A DNA stretch of 64,000 nt from an uncultured Gemmatimonadales bacterium (GCA_963851265.1 CAWKNZ010000008.1:192001-256000), one strand, 5' to 3'. Positions 1-10,891 are shown, counted from the first letter of the stretch. A program made the numbers and translations. The notes: generated by a model from the sequence alone, not told the origin.

Positions 1-34
1 GAGACCGAGCTTCATGGACGGGAGTGGGCGGGCG

Positions 35-865
35 TCAGACGCCACTGAACGCGCTGAAACCGCCGTCGACGGGAAGGACGACGCCGGTCACGAACGACGC
101 GGCGTCGCTGGCGAGAAAAACGAGGGCGCCGACGAGCTCCGACGGCTCGCCGAAGCGCCCCATCGGGGTGCGGGCGATCACGGTCCGCGCGCGCTCGGTG
201 TACGAGCCGTCGGCGTGCACGAGCACGGCGCGGTTCTGGTCGGCGAGAAAGAATCCGGGCGCGATCGCGTTCACGCGCAGGCCGGGGCCGCAGCGGCGGG
301 CGAGGTCCACGGCGAGCCAGCGGGTCGCGTTGTCGACCGCGGCCTTCGCGGCCGAGTAGCCGAGGACGCCGCTGACGGCCTGCGCCGCGGCCATCGACGA
401 GATGTTGATGATGGCGCCGCGGCCGACCGCGGCCATCGTCTCGCCGAAGACGAGCGAGGGGGCGATGGTGCCGTGCAGGTTGAGGCGCACCACCTCGTCG
501 AACGCGTCCATCGGCATCGCGAAGGGCGGCACGCCGTCGGTGCGCGCGCGCGCGACGTTGCCGCCTGCCGCGTTTACCAGAATGTCCACGCGCCCCCACG
601 CGCCGACGAGCTCGTCGCGCGCCGCGCGGAGCGCGCCCTCGTCGAGCACGTCGGCGACGAGCGCGCGCGCGTCGGCGCCGGCCGCGCGCAGCTCCGCGGC
701 CCGCGACTCGGCGGCCTCACGCCGCCGCCCGAGGATCGCGACGCGCGCGCCGGCCGCGGCCAGTCCCGCCGCCATCGCCCCGCCGAGTACGCCGGAGCCG
801 CCGGTCACGACGGCCACGCGACCGGTCAGGTCGTAGCATCCCGGTGGCAGCGGATCCGACTCCAT
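35..865 (-). CDS. SDR family oxidoreductase (D-mannonate oxidoreductase / gluconate 5-dehydrogenase-like)
   Basis: TGGSGVLG Rossmann motif, NAAGG, ISSM, YSAAK catalytic YxxxK, VNAIAPG, C-terminal VDGGF. Confidence 0.9.
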   Translation of the reverse strand: MESDPLPPGCYDLTGRVAVVTGGSGVLGGAMAAGLAAAGARVAILGRRREAAESRAAELRAAGADARALVADVLDEGALRAARDELVGAWGRVDILVNAAGGNVARARTDGVPPFAMPMDAFDEVVRLNLHGTIAPSLVFGETMAAVGRGAIINISSMAAAQAVSGVLGYSAAKAAVDNATRWLAVDLARRCGPGLRVNAIAPGFFLADQNRAVLVHADGSYTERARTVIARTPMGRFGEPSELVGALVFLASDAASFVTGVVLPVDGGFSAFSGV

Positions 866-927
866 GGCTCATTCATTCCGGTGTGCCCACCACGCGCCCG
901 CTTCACTGGGGACGGCGTGAGAGCAAG

Positions 928-938
928 TCATATTATGA
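928..938. promoter_or_regulatory. Possible operator between divergent SDR and GH3 genes
   Basis: AT-rich inverted repeat TCATA-T-TATGA in an otherwise very GC-rich intergenic region. Confidence 0.3.
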
Positions 939-1013
939 ATCGCGCGCCGGCAGACTAGGAACGGCGCTCCCCGCCGTCAAGAGCGGCAGCAACGGCTCCA
1001 CCCAACGCCGAGC

Positions 1014-3716
1014 GTGTTCGTGACGTCGATGACGCGCGCCTGTCGCGCCGCCCTGCTCTACCTCGCCGCCGGCACCGCCGCCGGTACGGCTGCGGGCGCC
1101 ACCGCGCACGCGCAGGCGCCCACCCCCGCATCGACCCCGGCGCCCGCCCGCACGCCGCCCTACCAGGACCCGGCGCTTCCGTTCGAGACGCGCGTCCGGG
1201 ACCTCGTCGCGCGCATGACGCTCGAGGAGAAGGTTTCCCAGATGCAGGACGTGGCCGTGGCGATCCCGCGGCTCGGCGTGCCGGGCTACAACTGGTGGAA
1301 CGAGGCGCTGCACGGCGTCGCGCGCGCGGGGCTCGCGACCGTCTTCCCGCAAGCCATCGGCATGGCCGCGACGTGGGACACGGCGCTCGTCCGGCGCGAG
1401 GCGACGGTGATCTCGGACGAGGGGCGCGCCAAGTACCACGAGGCGCTGCGCCACGACAGCCGCGAGCGCTACCAGGGGCTGACCTTCTGGTCGCCCAACA
1501 TCAACCTGTTCCGCGACCCGCGCTGGGGACGCGGCCAGGAGACCTACGGCGAGGACCCGTTCCTCACCGGCACGCTCGCCGTCCCGTTCATCCGCGGGCT
1601 GCAGGGGGACGACCCGCGCTACCTCAAGACCGTCGCCACCGTCAAGCACTTCGCCGTGCACAGCGGCCCCGAGCCCGAGCGCCACGCCTTCGACGCCGTG
1701 GTGAGCGAGCGCGACCTGCGCGAGAGCTACCTCCCGCACTTCGCGCGCGGGATCGGCGCGGGCGGCGCGTACTCGCTGATGTGCGCGTACAACCGGGTCG
1801 ACGGCGCGCCCGCGTGCGCCAACGACCCGCTCCTGCGCACCATCCTCCGCGGCGAGTGGCACTTTCCCGGCTACGTGGTCTCGGACTGTGGCGCGATCGA
1901 CGACATCTACCTGCACCACAGGACCGCGCCCAACGCCGCGGCCGCCGCCGCGGCCGGCGTGCGCGCGGGCACGGACCTCGACTGCGGCCGCGTCTACCCC
2001 AACCTCGTCGACGCCGTCCGGCAGGGCCTCGTCGCCGAGGCGCAGGTCGACACCGCCGTCCGGCGCCTGTTCCTCGCCCGCTTCAAGCTCGGGATGTTCG
2101 ACCCGCCGGACCGCGTGCGCTGGGCGAGCATCCCGTACGCGGTCGTCGACGCGCCCGCGCACCGCGCGCTCGCCCGCGAGGCCGCGCGCGAGTCGATGGT
2201 GCTCCTCAAGAACGCCGCCGGCACCCTCCCGCTGCCGAAGACGCTCGGCACGCTGGCCGTGATCGGGCCTAACGCCGACCAGCCCCGCGTGCTGCTCGGC
2301 AACTACAACGGCGAGCCCGCCGACCCGGTCACGCCGCTGCGCGGGCTGCGCGAGGCGCTGCCGAACACGCGCGTGCTCTACGCGCGCGGCGCCGACCTGG
2401 CCGAGGGCGTCCCGGTGCTCGACGCCGCGGCGCCGGGCGTGTTGACGGGACCGGACGGCGCGCCTGGACTGCTGGCCGAGTACTTCGGGGAGCGCGCGAT
2501 GCAGGGCGCGCCGCGGTTCACCGCGCGCGACAGCGTGGTGCGCGCCAACTGGGGCGACGGCGCCCCGCGCCCGGACATGAACCCCGACGATTTCGGCGTC
2601 CGCTGGAGCGGCAGCTTCCGCCCGTCGCGGTCGGGCACGTACCGGCTCGGCCTGGCCGGCACGATGAAGGTGCGGCTCTGGCTCGACGACAGCCTCGTCG
2701 TACAGTCGACGTACGCGCAGCACGACGGCGAGACGCCCGACGCGCGCCTGTGGCAAAGCGCGGCGCTGCGGCTCGAGGCCGGGCGGAGCTACCGCGTGCG
2801 CCTCGACGCGCAGGAGTCGTACGGCGACGCGCAGGTCCAGCTCCTCTGGTCGACGCCGCCGGAAGCGCTCGACGACGAGGTCGACCGCGCCGCCCGCACC
2901 GCCGACGCCGTCGTCCTCGTGCTCGGCCTCACGCCCAACCTCGAGGGCGAGGAGATGCCCGTGCAGGTCCCCGGCTTTCGCGGCGGCGACCGCACGCGCC
3001 TCGACCTACCGGCGCCGCAGCAGCGCCTGATGGAGCGCGTCGTCGCGCTCGGCAAGCCGACGGTGCTCGTCCTGCTCAACGGGAGCGCGCTGGCCGTGAA
3101 CTGGGCGCAGACGCACGTGCCGGCGATCGTCGAGGCGTGGTACCCGGGGCAGGCCGGCGGCGCCGCACTCGCCGACGTGCTGCTCGGCGACTACAACCCG
3201 GGCGGTCGCCTGCCGGTGACCGTCTACCGCGACGTCGCCGACCTTCCCGCGTTCGAGAACTACGCGATGGCGGGGCGCACGTACCGGTTCTTCGGCGGCA
3301 CGCCGCTCTACGCGTTCGGCCACGGGCTGAGCTACACGACGTTCGCGTACGCGCGACTGCGCACCAGCGCGCCGCGCCTCACGCCGGCGGGGCGCGTCAC
3401 GGTCAGCGTCGACGTGAGCAACACCGGCGCGCGCGCCGGCGACGAGGTGGTGCAGCTCTACGTGCGGCACCTCGGCTCGCGCGTCGCGCGGCCGGCGAAG
3501 GAGCTGCGCGGCTACCAGCGCGTGGCGCTCGCCCCGGGGCAGACGCGCACGGTCGCGTTCCCCGTCGACGCGGCCTCGCTCGCCTACTGGGACCCCGCGA
3601 CGCACGCCTGGACCGTCGAGCGCGACACCGTCGAGTTCCAGGTCGGGGCGTCGTCGGCCGACGTCCGCGCGGCGCGGCGCGTGCCCGTCGACGGACGCCG
3701 GGGGTCAGCGCGTTAG
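1014..3716 (+). CDS. Secreted GH3 beta-glucosidase/beta-xylosidase with PA14 insert and Fn3-like domain
   Basis: Signal peptide; WWNEALHG, RDPRWGRGQETYGEDP, KHFA, VSDC nucleophile motif, EGEE, FGHGLSYT, EVVQLY; start may be 1029. Confidence 0.93.
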   Translation: MFVTSMTRACRAALLYLAAGTAAGTAAGATAHAQAPTPASTPAPARTPPYQDPALPFETRVRDLVARMTLEEKVSQMQDVAVAIPRLGVPGYNWWNEALHGVARAGLATVFPQAIGMAATWDTALVRREATVISDEGRAKYHEALRHDSRERYQGLTFWSPNINLFRDPRWGRGQETYGEDPFLTGTLAVPFIRGLQGDDPRYLKTVATVKHFAVHSGPEPERHAFDAVVSERDLRESYLPHFARGIGAGGAYSLMCAYNRVDGAPACANDPLLRTILRGEWHFPGYVVSDCGAIDDIYLHHRTAPNAAAAAAAGVRAGTDLDCGRVYPNLVDAVRQGLVAEAQVDTAVRRLFLARFKLGMFDPPDRVRWASIPYAVVDAPAHRALAREAARESMVLLKNAAGTLPLPKTLGTLAVIGPNADQPRVLLGNYNGEPADPVTPLRGLREALPNTRVLYARGADLAEGVPVLDAAAPGVLTGPDGAPGLLAEYFGERAMQGAPRFTARDSVVRANWGDGAPRPDMNPDDFGVRWSGSFRPSRSGTYRLGLAGTMKVRLWLDDSLVVQSTYAQHDGETPDARLWQSAALRLEAGRSYRVRLDAQESYGDAQVQLLWSTPPEALDDEVDRAARTADAVVLVLGLTPNLEGEEMPVQVPGFRGGDRTRLDLPAPQQRLMERVVALGKPTVLVLLNGSALAVNWAQTHVPAIVEAWYPGQAGGAALADVLLGDYNPGGRLPVTVYRDVADLPAFENYAMAGRTYRFFGGTPLYAFGHGLSYTTFAYARLRTSAPRLTPAGRVTVSVDVSNTGARAGDEVVQLYVRHLGSRVARPAKELRGYQRVALAPGQTRTVAFPVDAASLAYWDPATHAWTVERDTVEFQVGASSADVRAARRVPVDGRRGSAR

Positions 3717-5213
3717 GCGCTCGGCCGGGGCGGGCGGCGGCGGCTCCGCGCCGCGGACGAGCGCGTCGAGCCACGCGGTCGAGCGGGTCACGTACGGCTG
3801 CTGCGCGCGCGGCGACGCGAGGTTGTTGTGCGGCGAGTCGACGAGCGGCACCGCCTCCTTGGGCCCGCGGATCCCGTTGAACACCGACCAGATCCCGGCC
3901 GGCGTCGCGACGTCGTCGATGAACCCCATCGCGACGAGCGAGCGCGCCGTGATGCGCGGGGCGAAGTTGGCCGCGTCGAAGTAGCGCGCCGTCTCGCGCA
4001 CGTCGGGGCGCGAGACGTCCCAGTTGGGATAGCTCTTTGCGCGGCCGTGCAGCGCCGCGGTGACGTCGGCGCCCGCGGGCACGTCGACGATGAGCGCGGT
4101 CACGCGCGGGTCGAGCCCGGCCGCCGCGAAGCTCTGCTGCCCGCCCATGCTCGTGCCCATCACGACGACCGTCTTGCCGTCCCAGTCGGGGCGCGACGCG
4201 AGATACTCGATGGCGCGGTACGCGCCGAGGTACATCCGGAGGAAGTAGCTCTCGTCGCGGCTGTGCTGGCCGATGGTCGCGTAGTTCTTGATCAGGGCCG
4301 GGAGCGCGTCGTAGAACGCCTGCGGCATGTCGGCGGGCACGTCGTGCGGCTCGATGTTGAGCGCGAGCCAGCCCGAGGCCGCACGGTCGGTCACCCACGC
4401 CTTCTGCAGCGGGTACGGCGGGCTCGCCCACTGGTAGATGAGGAGCGCCGGGAACTTGCCCGCGCGCGCCGGCTTGGCGAGCTGTCCGTACACATGCGCG
4501 CCGTCGATGTTGTTCATCCGCACCGTGGCGTACTCGACGCCGGAGCGGCCGCTCTCGCCGGGGGTGACCACGGCACCCATCGGCACGGCGGCGAGTGCCG
4601 CGAGCTTCGCGGCCCAGAAGCTGTCGAAGTCGGCCGGCTTGGGTTCCGAGGGCTGGATCGCGGTCGGCGCGACCGCGGCGCCGAGCAGGATGCGCCCCGG
4701 CCCGCCCGTGGCGCGGCTGCCGAACGTCGTGTCGCGCGTCGCCGGGTGCACGTCGACGACGACCATCGCCGGCTCGGCGAGCGAGGTCTCGATGCGCCCG
4801 CGGCCGCGTCGCAGGTCGACCACGCCCGCGCCCACGCTGTCGCCGCCGTTGCGGCGCACCGTGTATGCGTAGGGCGCCCGCGGGCGCGCGCCGGCCGGCG
4901 CGGTGACGGTCCAGCCGACGCGCTCGCCGACCGCGTAGATGCCGCTCGGGTGGTCGGGCGTGAAGGTCGGCTGCGGTGCAGCGGGCGACGTAGCGGAAGG
5001 GGGGGGCGCGGCGGGCGGCGCGGCGGGCGGCGCGGCGGGCGGCGCGGCGGGCGGCGCGGCGGGCGGCGCGGCGGGCGGCGCGGCCGCGACCTGCGCGTCG
5101 AGGCGCGCGGCCGAACCGGCGAGGGCGGCGCCGGCGAGCGTGGCGCACGCGATGGCGGCGCACGCGAGGGCCAGGGACGCGCGGCGCGTGTGGCGGAGCA
5201 CGGGGCGAATCAT
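3705..5213 (-). CDS. Acetylxylan esterase / cephalosporin-C deacetylase (CE7-like), secreted
   Basis: P-x-DFDSFW, GTSMGG nucleophile elbow, YFDAANFA, GFIDD, His in DSPHN; signal peptide from ATG 5213. Confidence 0.82.
   Translation of the reverse strand: MIRPVLRHTRRASLALACAAIACATLAGAALAGSAARLDAQVAAAPPAAPPAAPPAAPPAAPPAAPPAAPPPSATSPAAPQPTFTPDHPSGIYAVGERVGWTVTAPAGARPRAPYAYTVRRNGGDSVGAGVVDLRRGRGRIETSLAEPAMVVVDVHPATRDTTFGSRATGGPGRILLGAAVAPTAIQPSEPKPADFDSFWAAKLAALAAVPMGAVVTPGESGRSGVEYATVRMNNIDGAHVYGQLAKPARAGKFPALLIYQWASPPYPLQKAWVTDRAASGWLALNIEPHDVPADMPQAFYDALPALIKNYATIGQHSRDESYFLRMYLGAYRAIEYLASRPDWDGKTVVVMGTSMGGQQSFAAAGLDPRVTALIVDVPAGADVTAALHGRAKSYPNWDVSRPDVRETARYFDAANFAPRITARSLVAMGFIDDVATPAGIWSVFNGIRGPKEAVPLVDSPHNNLASPRAQQPYVTRSTAWLDALVRGAEPPPPAPAERLTR
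5005..5084. repeat. 12-bp tandem repeat (GGCGCGGCGGGC, 6 full copies plus a partial) encoding a PPAA linker
   Basis: Read directly from the sequence. Confidence 0.95.
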
Positions 5214-5353
5214 GAGCACGGGTGAGGAGATTCGGGCCGAATTTATTGCGCGAGACACGCGCGTCCGCCGCTCTGGACATCGGTGCCGGGCGGGGCGTAC
5301 GTTGGCGCACCCAGCCGGCCGCGCTTCGCGAGCCGCCCCCCGAGAGGTGCGAC

Positions 5354-7533
5354 ATGGTCCACGCCCGCCCCCGCCCCCGCGCGTTCACCCTCGCCGCCGG
5401 GCTCCTCGCCGCGCTCGCCGGGGCCCACGTCGCCGGCGCGCAGCCCACGGCGCGCAGCCCAGCGGCGCGCAGCCGCATACCGTCCCGACCTTCGCGCAGT
5501 GGATCGGCCTGCGCTCGGTCGGCGCCCCGGCCATCTCGCCCGACGGGCGGAGCGTGGCGTGGACCGTGGCGTCCGCGGATTGGGAGGGCAACCGTTTCGC
5601 GCAGGAGCTCTGGCTCGCGCGTCCGGGCGAGGCGCCCATCCGCCTCACGAGCGGCGGGCGCGGCACGCTCGCGCCGCGCTGGTCGCCCGACGGGCGCTGG
5701 CTCGCCTTCGCCGACGACCGCGGCGACGGGCGGCAGCTCTATCTCCTGCGCGCGGCGGGCGGCGAGGCGCGGCGCCTCACGCGCGTCAAGGACGGGGTGG
5801 GCGACTTCGACTGGTCGCCGCGCGGCGGGCGCCTCGCCTTCACCGCCCCCGAGCCCGAGGACACGGCGATGGCGGTGCGCCGCCACGCGTACGGCGAGTT
5901 CACCGTCGAGGCGCAGGACTTCCGCCGCGACGCGCTCTGGGTCGTGCCCGTCGACACCGCCGACGACCCGCGCCCCGACTCGACCGCCGAGGCAGCCGCC
6001 GGCCGTGCACCCGGCGCGCGCGTGCTCGCGTCGCGCACGCCCACCCCGCGCGCGCTCACCGCGGGACGCGGCCTGCACGTGCACGACTTCGCCTGGTCGC
6101 CCGACGGCACGCGCCTGGCCTTCACGCACACGCCCGACCCGCTGCTCTCGTCGGGCGACCGGGCCGACATCTCGGTGGTCGACGCGCCCGGCGGCGCGGC
6201 GCCGGCGGCCGTGCGCCCGCTCGTGACCACGCCCGGGCCCGACGGCAGTCCGGTGTGGTCGCCCGACGGCGCGTGGGTGCTGTTCAGCACCGGCGCGGGC
6301 GACACCGCCACGTTCTTCTACCGCAACAGCCGCCTCGCCAAGGTGCCCGCGGCGGGCGGGCCGGTCACCGTGCTCACCCGCGCGTTCGACGAGATCCCGT
6401 CGAGCGTCACGTGGACGCGCGCCGGCGTGCGCTTCCTCGCCCAGGAGGGGACGGCGCAGCACCTGTACGCGCTCGACCCGGCGACGGGCGCGACGCGCGT
6501 CGTGCTCAACACGCCCGCCGTCGTGCGCGCGGTGAGCGTCTCGGAGGACGGCCGCGCGGCCGCCTACGTGGGCGAGGACGCGGCCGCGCTCCCCGAGGTC
6601 TACCGCGTCGCGTTAGGCACCGGCGCCGCCGCGGCGGCGCGCCCCGAGCGCCTCACGCGCATGACCGCGCAGACGGCCGGGTGGACGCTCGGCACGCGCG
6701 AGGTGGTGTCGTGGACGAGCACCGACGGCGCGCGCGTGGAGGGCGTGTTGTTCAAGCCGAGCGACTACGACCCCGCGCGCCGCTACCCGCTGCTCGTCGT
6801 CATCCACGGCGGGCCGACGGGCGTGTCGCGCCCGGTGTTGGGCGGCGGGTACGTGTACCCGGTCGTGCAGTTCCTGGCGAAGGGCGCGGTGGTGCTCATG
6901 CCCAACTACCGCGGCTCGGCCGGCTACGGCGAGAGGTTCCGCGCCCTCAACGTGCGCAACCTCGGCGTCGGCGACGCGTGGGACGTGCTCTCGGGCGTCG
7001 ACGCGATGGTCGCCCGCGGTATCGCCGACTCGACCCGGCTCGGCGCGATGGGGTGGAGCCAGGGCGGCTACATCTCCGCCTTCCTCACCACGACCACCAC
7101 GCGGTTCAAGGCCATCTCGGTCGGCGCGGGGATCTCGGACTGGATGACGTACTACGTGGCGACCGACATCCACCCGTTCACGCGCCAGTACCTGCAGGCC
7201 ACGCCGTGGGCCGACCCGGCGATCTACGCCAGGACGTCGCCGATCACGTACGTGAAGCAGGCGCGGACCCCCACGCTCATCCAGCACGGTGAACTCGACC
7301 GCCGGGTGCCGATCGCCAACGCGTACGAGCTCTTTCAGGCGCTGCAGGACGTGGGCGTCCCGACCAAGCTCGTCGTGTACAAGGGGTTCGGGCACGGCAT
7401 CACCAAGCCGCGCGAGCAGCTGGCGGCGACCTGGCACAACTGGCAGTGGTTCTCGCAGTACCTGTGGGGCGAACGCGTCGCGATGCCGGCCGACGGCGCC
7501 GTGGCGGTCGGGAGCGCGACGACGTCGCGGTAG
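5354..7533 (+). CDS. S9 family peptidase (acylaminoacyl/dipeptidyl aminopeptidase) with an apparent 1-nt frameshift at about 5447-5449
   Basis: PD40-like WSPDG repeats, HGGP, NYRGSAGYG, GWSQGG, HGELDRRV, GHG; the RBS, ATG 5354 and signal peptide lie in a different frame from the catalytic body. Confidence 0.85.
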
Positions 7534-7632
7534 GGCGCCACAAACGCCTGTTCGTCTTGTGCGCTCTGAGCGCCGCCCCTATGGTAGCGCGACGGCTACG
7601 GCCCAGCGCCGACCAGGGGGAGGACCCTGCGC

Positions 7633-10600
7633 ATGCACCCGCGCACCGCACCGGCGGACCCACCGGACGACACCCCGGCCATGCCGGGCGCCGACGGACG
7701 CTCCGTCGAATTCGCGGCCGTCCTGCGCCACGAACTGACCGCGCTCGGACGGCTGCGCGAGACGGGCGAGCCTGTGAACGGCGCGAGCGCGAACGGGGTG
7801 AGCCCGAGCGGCGCGCACGCGATCGTCCCGCCGCCGACCGGCATCAGCTTCAATCGCAACGCGCCGGGCGAGACCGCCGCGGGTGACCCCGCCGAGCTGC
7901 GCGCGCTCTTTCACGCCGTCGGCCGCCTCGACGACGCGCACGCGCTCTCCGCGCTGTGCCTGTCGGGCGGCGGCATTCGCAGCGCCACCTTCAACCTCGG
8001 CGTCGCCCAGGCCCTCGCGCGCGCCGGGCTCCTCGGGCGATTCGACTACGTGTCGAGCGTGTCGGGCGGCGGCTACATCGCGGGATGGCTCAAGGCGTGG
8101 ATGCGCCGCGAGGGCACCGCCTCGGTGATCGCGCGCCTCGCGCACGCGCCGGGCAGCGCCTCGCCCGACCCCCTCGCGCCCGAGCCCGCGCCGGTCGACG
8201 GGCTTCGCGAGTACAGCAACTATCTCACGCCGCGCCTCGGCCTGTTCTCGCCCGACACGTGGGCCGCGGGCACCATCATCATTCGCAACCTGTTGCTGAA
8301 CTGGCTCGTGATTGTGCCGATACTGGCGGCCGTGGTCGCGGTGCCCCAGTTCGCGCTCATCATCGCGGCCACGCGCGAGCACCGGACCGTCGGCGCGCTG
8401 TCGGCCGCGCTGGCCACCGCCGCCGAATTCTTTGCGAGCTGGACCGTCCACCAGTACCGCAAGCGCAGCCTGGACGGCGCCGGACGCGCCACCGAGGGGC
8501 GCGTGGCGCGGTGGAGCGTGCTGCCGCTCTATCTCGCCGCGGTGCTGCTCGCACAAGCCGGCCTGTGGTGGCTGCCCTGGACGGCGCCGACGTGGTGGCC
8601 GTTCTCGCCCCTGCTCGGCGCGTGGGCCTTCGCGCTCGGCTGGTGCGTCGTGGTGCCGACCGCGACCTGGCTCTTCCACATCCCGCGCGGCCGAGCCCTC
8701 GTCGAACTCGGCGCGCTGCTCGGCTCGGGGGTCGTCGGGGCCGCGCTGCTCGTGTGGCTCATGCTCGTCGCCGGGCCCGCGCTCTTGCTGCGCCCGACGC
8801 TGTACGTCGTCGCCTCGCTCCCCATACTCCTCGCCGTGTACCTCGTGTCGCGCATGCTCTTCGTCGCGATCGCGAGTCGCGCGGACGCGACCGCCCGCGC
8901 GGCGCGCGGTGCGAGGCGGCGGGCGGCCAACACGCCGGTCGAGGCGTCCGACGCGCTCGACCGCTCGGACCACGACCGCGAGTGGTGGGCGCGCTTCACC
9001 GGCTGGGTGCTCGCGCTCGCGATCGTCTGGCTCGTGGTCAGTGCGGTGTGCGTGCTCGGCGGCTACGCCCTCGACGAGGTGCGCGACCGCTACGCCAGCA
9101 CCGTCGTCGCGGCGCTCGGGGGCGTGAGCGGGGTGACCGCGGCGCTGCTCGGGCGGAGCGCGAGCACCGACTCGGGGCGCGTGGCGACCAGTACGCCGCC
9201 CCTGTCCTTCCTCCGCCGCGCCGCCCTCGCCGCGGCCGTTCCGCTCTTCTGCATCCTGCTCGTCGTGCTCGTCGCGCGCGGCAACACGCTCGCCGGCCGT
9301 CTCGCGACGGGCGACCCCACGCTCCTCTGCGTACCCGGCAATCTCGCGCGCGTGGCCCCGTGTGCGGCGACCGGCGCGCACGCCGGCCCCGCGGCCGCGG
9401 CGGCCCGCGCGTCGCGCGCGGCGCGCGACCAGGACGTCGGCGGGATCCCCGGCGTGCTCGCCCGCGCGGGGGTCGCCGACCCCGACTGGCGCCGCGCGCT
9501 CGCCTTCCTCGTCGTGCCCGCCCTGCTCGTCGCCGTCGGGGCGACCGCGGGCATCTTCGTCAACCCGAACCGCTTCTCGCTCCACGGCTTCTACCGCAAC
9601 CGGCTCGTGCGCGCCTATCTCGGCGCGTCGCACGTGCGGCGGCGCCCAGACCCGTTCACGGGGTTCGCGGCGAACGACAACCTGCGGCTGTACGACCTGT
9701 GGCACCCATCCGGCGCCGGCGCGAACGCCGCCGTCGACTGCACGCGGCCGCTTCCGATCGTCAACGCCACGCTCAACCTCGTCTCGGGCGAGCGGCTGGC
9801 GTGGCAGCAGCGGCGGGCGGAGTCGTTCTCGATGACGCCGTTCTACTGCGGCAACTACCGCGAGGGCTTCCGCGTGAGCCGGCGGTACGGCGACGAGGGT
9901 GGCATCACCCTCGGCACGGCGATGACGATCTCGGGCGCGGCCGCTAACCCGAACATGGGCTACAACTCGTCGCCGCTCGTCACGTTCCTCATGACGCTGT
10001 TCAACGCACGCCTCGGCGCGTGGTTGGGCAACCCCAACGCGCACGGCGATGCGACCTACGCCCAGGCCGGGCCGCGCTGGGCCGTCGGCCCGATCTTCAA
10101 CGAGTTGCTCGGCCGAACCACCGACCGCAACCCGTACGTGAACCTCTCCGACGGCGGCCACTTCGACAACCTCGGCCTCTACGAGGTGGTGCTCCGCCGG
10201 TGCCGCCACGTCGTGGTCTGCGACGCGGGGCGCGACCCGGCGTGCGGCTTCGGCGACCTCGGCAACGCGATCCGGAAGATCCGCATCGACTTCGGGATCA
10301 ACATCACGTTCCGCGACCAGATCGCCATCCACTCGCGCGACGCGGGCACGCCGGGCCTGTACTGCGCGATCGGTGCGATCGACTACGCGGCCGTCGACGG
10401 CGCCGACGTGGCGCCGGGATGGCTGCTGTACGTCAAGCCCGCGCTCGACGGCGAGCTCGCGCCGGTGCCGTACGACGTGTACAGCTACGCGCAGGAGTCG
10501 AAGACCTTCCCGCACGAGACGACCACCGACCAGTGGTTCGACGAATCGCAGTTCGAGAGCTACCGCGCGCTCGGGGAGCACATCATGTCGCGCATCGCGC

Positions 10601-10833
10601 GGGGCGACCGCGAGGCGTGCGTGCGTCTGGATTCGCTCGCCGCGCTGCGCGACGCCGCGGGCGCGTACCTGCGGAGCGTGCGCGACGCCACCGCGCGCAC
10701 GACGCCCGCGCCCGGCGCTCCGACGCCGGGCGGGCCGACATCCGGCGGTCCGGCGCCGGGCGGCGCGGCGCCGGGCGGCGCGGTGCCGGTCGCGGCGCCC
10801 GCGATCGCCGCACGCCCGACGGCGAACGCCTAA
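7633..10833 (+). CDS. Patatin/cPLA2-like phospholipase domain membrane protein
   Basis: LSGGGIRSA oxyanion loop, SVSGG serine motif, DGGHFDN aspartate motif, many hydrophobic helices between them; start 7633 or 7681. Confidence 0.8.
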   Translation: MHPRTAPADPPDDTPAMPGADGRSVEFAAVLRHELTALGRLRETGEPVNGASANGVSPSGAHAIVPPPTGISFNRNAPGETAAGDPAELRALFHAVGRLDDAHALSALCLSGGGIRSATFNLGVAQALARAGLLGRFDYVSSVSGGGYIAGWLKAWMRREGTASVIARLAHAPGSASPDPLAPEPAPVDGLREYSNYLTPRLGLFSPDTWAAGTIIIRNLLLNWLVIVPILAAVVAVPQFALIIAATREHRTVGALSAALATAAEFFASWTVHQYRKRSLDGAGRATEGRVARWSVLPLYLAAVLLAQAGLWWLPWTAPTWWPFSPLLGAWAFALGWCVVVPTATWLFHIPRGRALVELGALLGSGVVGAALLVWLMLVAGPALLLRPTLYVVASLPILLAVYLVSRMLFVAIASRADATARAARGARRRAANTPVEASDALDRSDHDREWWARFTGWVLALAIVWLVVSAVCVLGGYALDEVRDRYASTVVAALGGVSGVTAALLGRSASTDSGRVATSTPPLSFLRRAALAAAVPLFCILLVVLVARGNTLAGRLATGDPTLLCVPGNLARVAPCAATGAHAGPAAAAARASRAARDQDVGGIPGVLARAGVADPDWRRALAFLVVPALLVAVGATAGIFVNPNRFSLHGFYRNRLVRAYLGASHVRRRPDPFTGFAANDNLRLYDLWHPSGAGANAAVDCTRPLPIVNATLNLVSGERLAWQQRRAESFSMTPFYCGNYREGFRVSRRYGDEGGITLGTAMTISGAAANPNMGYNSSPLVTFLMTLFNARLGAWLGNPNAHGDATYAQAGPRWAVGPIFNELLGRTTDRNPYVNLSDGGHFDNLGLYEVVLRRCRHVVVCDAGRDPACGFGDLGNAIRKIRIDFGINITFRDQIAIHSRDAGTPGLYCAIGAIDYAAVDGADVAPGWLLYVKPALDGELAPVPYDVYSYAQESKTFPHETTTDQWFDESQFESYRALGEHIMSRIARGDREACVRLDSLAALRDAAGAYLRSVRDATARTTPAPGAPTPGGPTSGGPAPGGAAPGGAVPVAAPAIAARPTANA

Positions 10834-10891
10834 CGCGGCGGGCGCGGACGGCGGCGGGCGCGCGGGCGCACCCGGAAGGCGGGGCCGCGGC

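Noticed and set aside
7633..10833. Patatin as part of a CBASS or Avs defence operon
   Set aside because: No cyclase, NTPase or other defence gene is adjacent.
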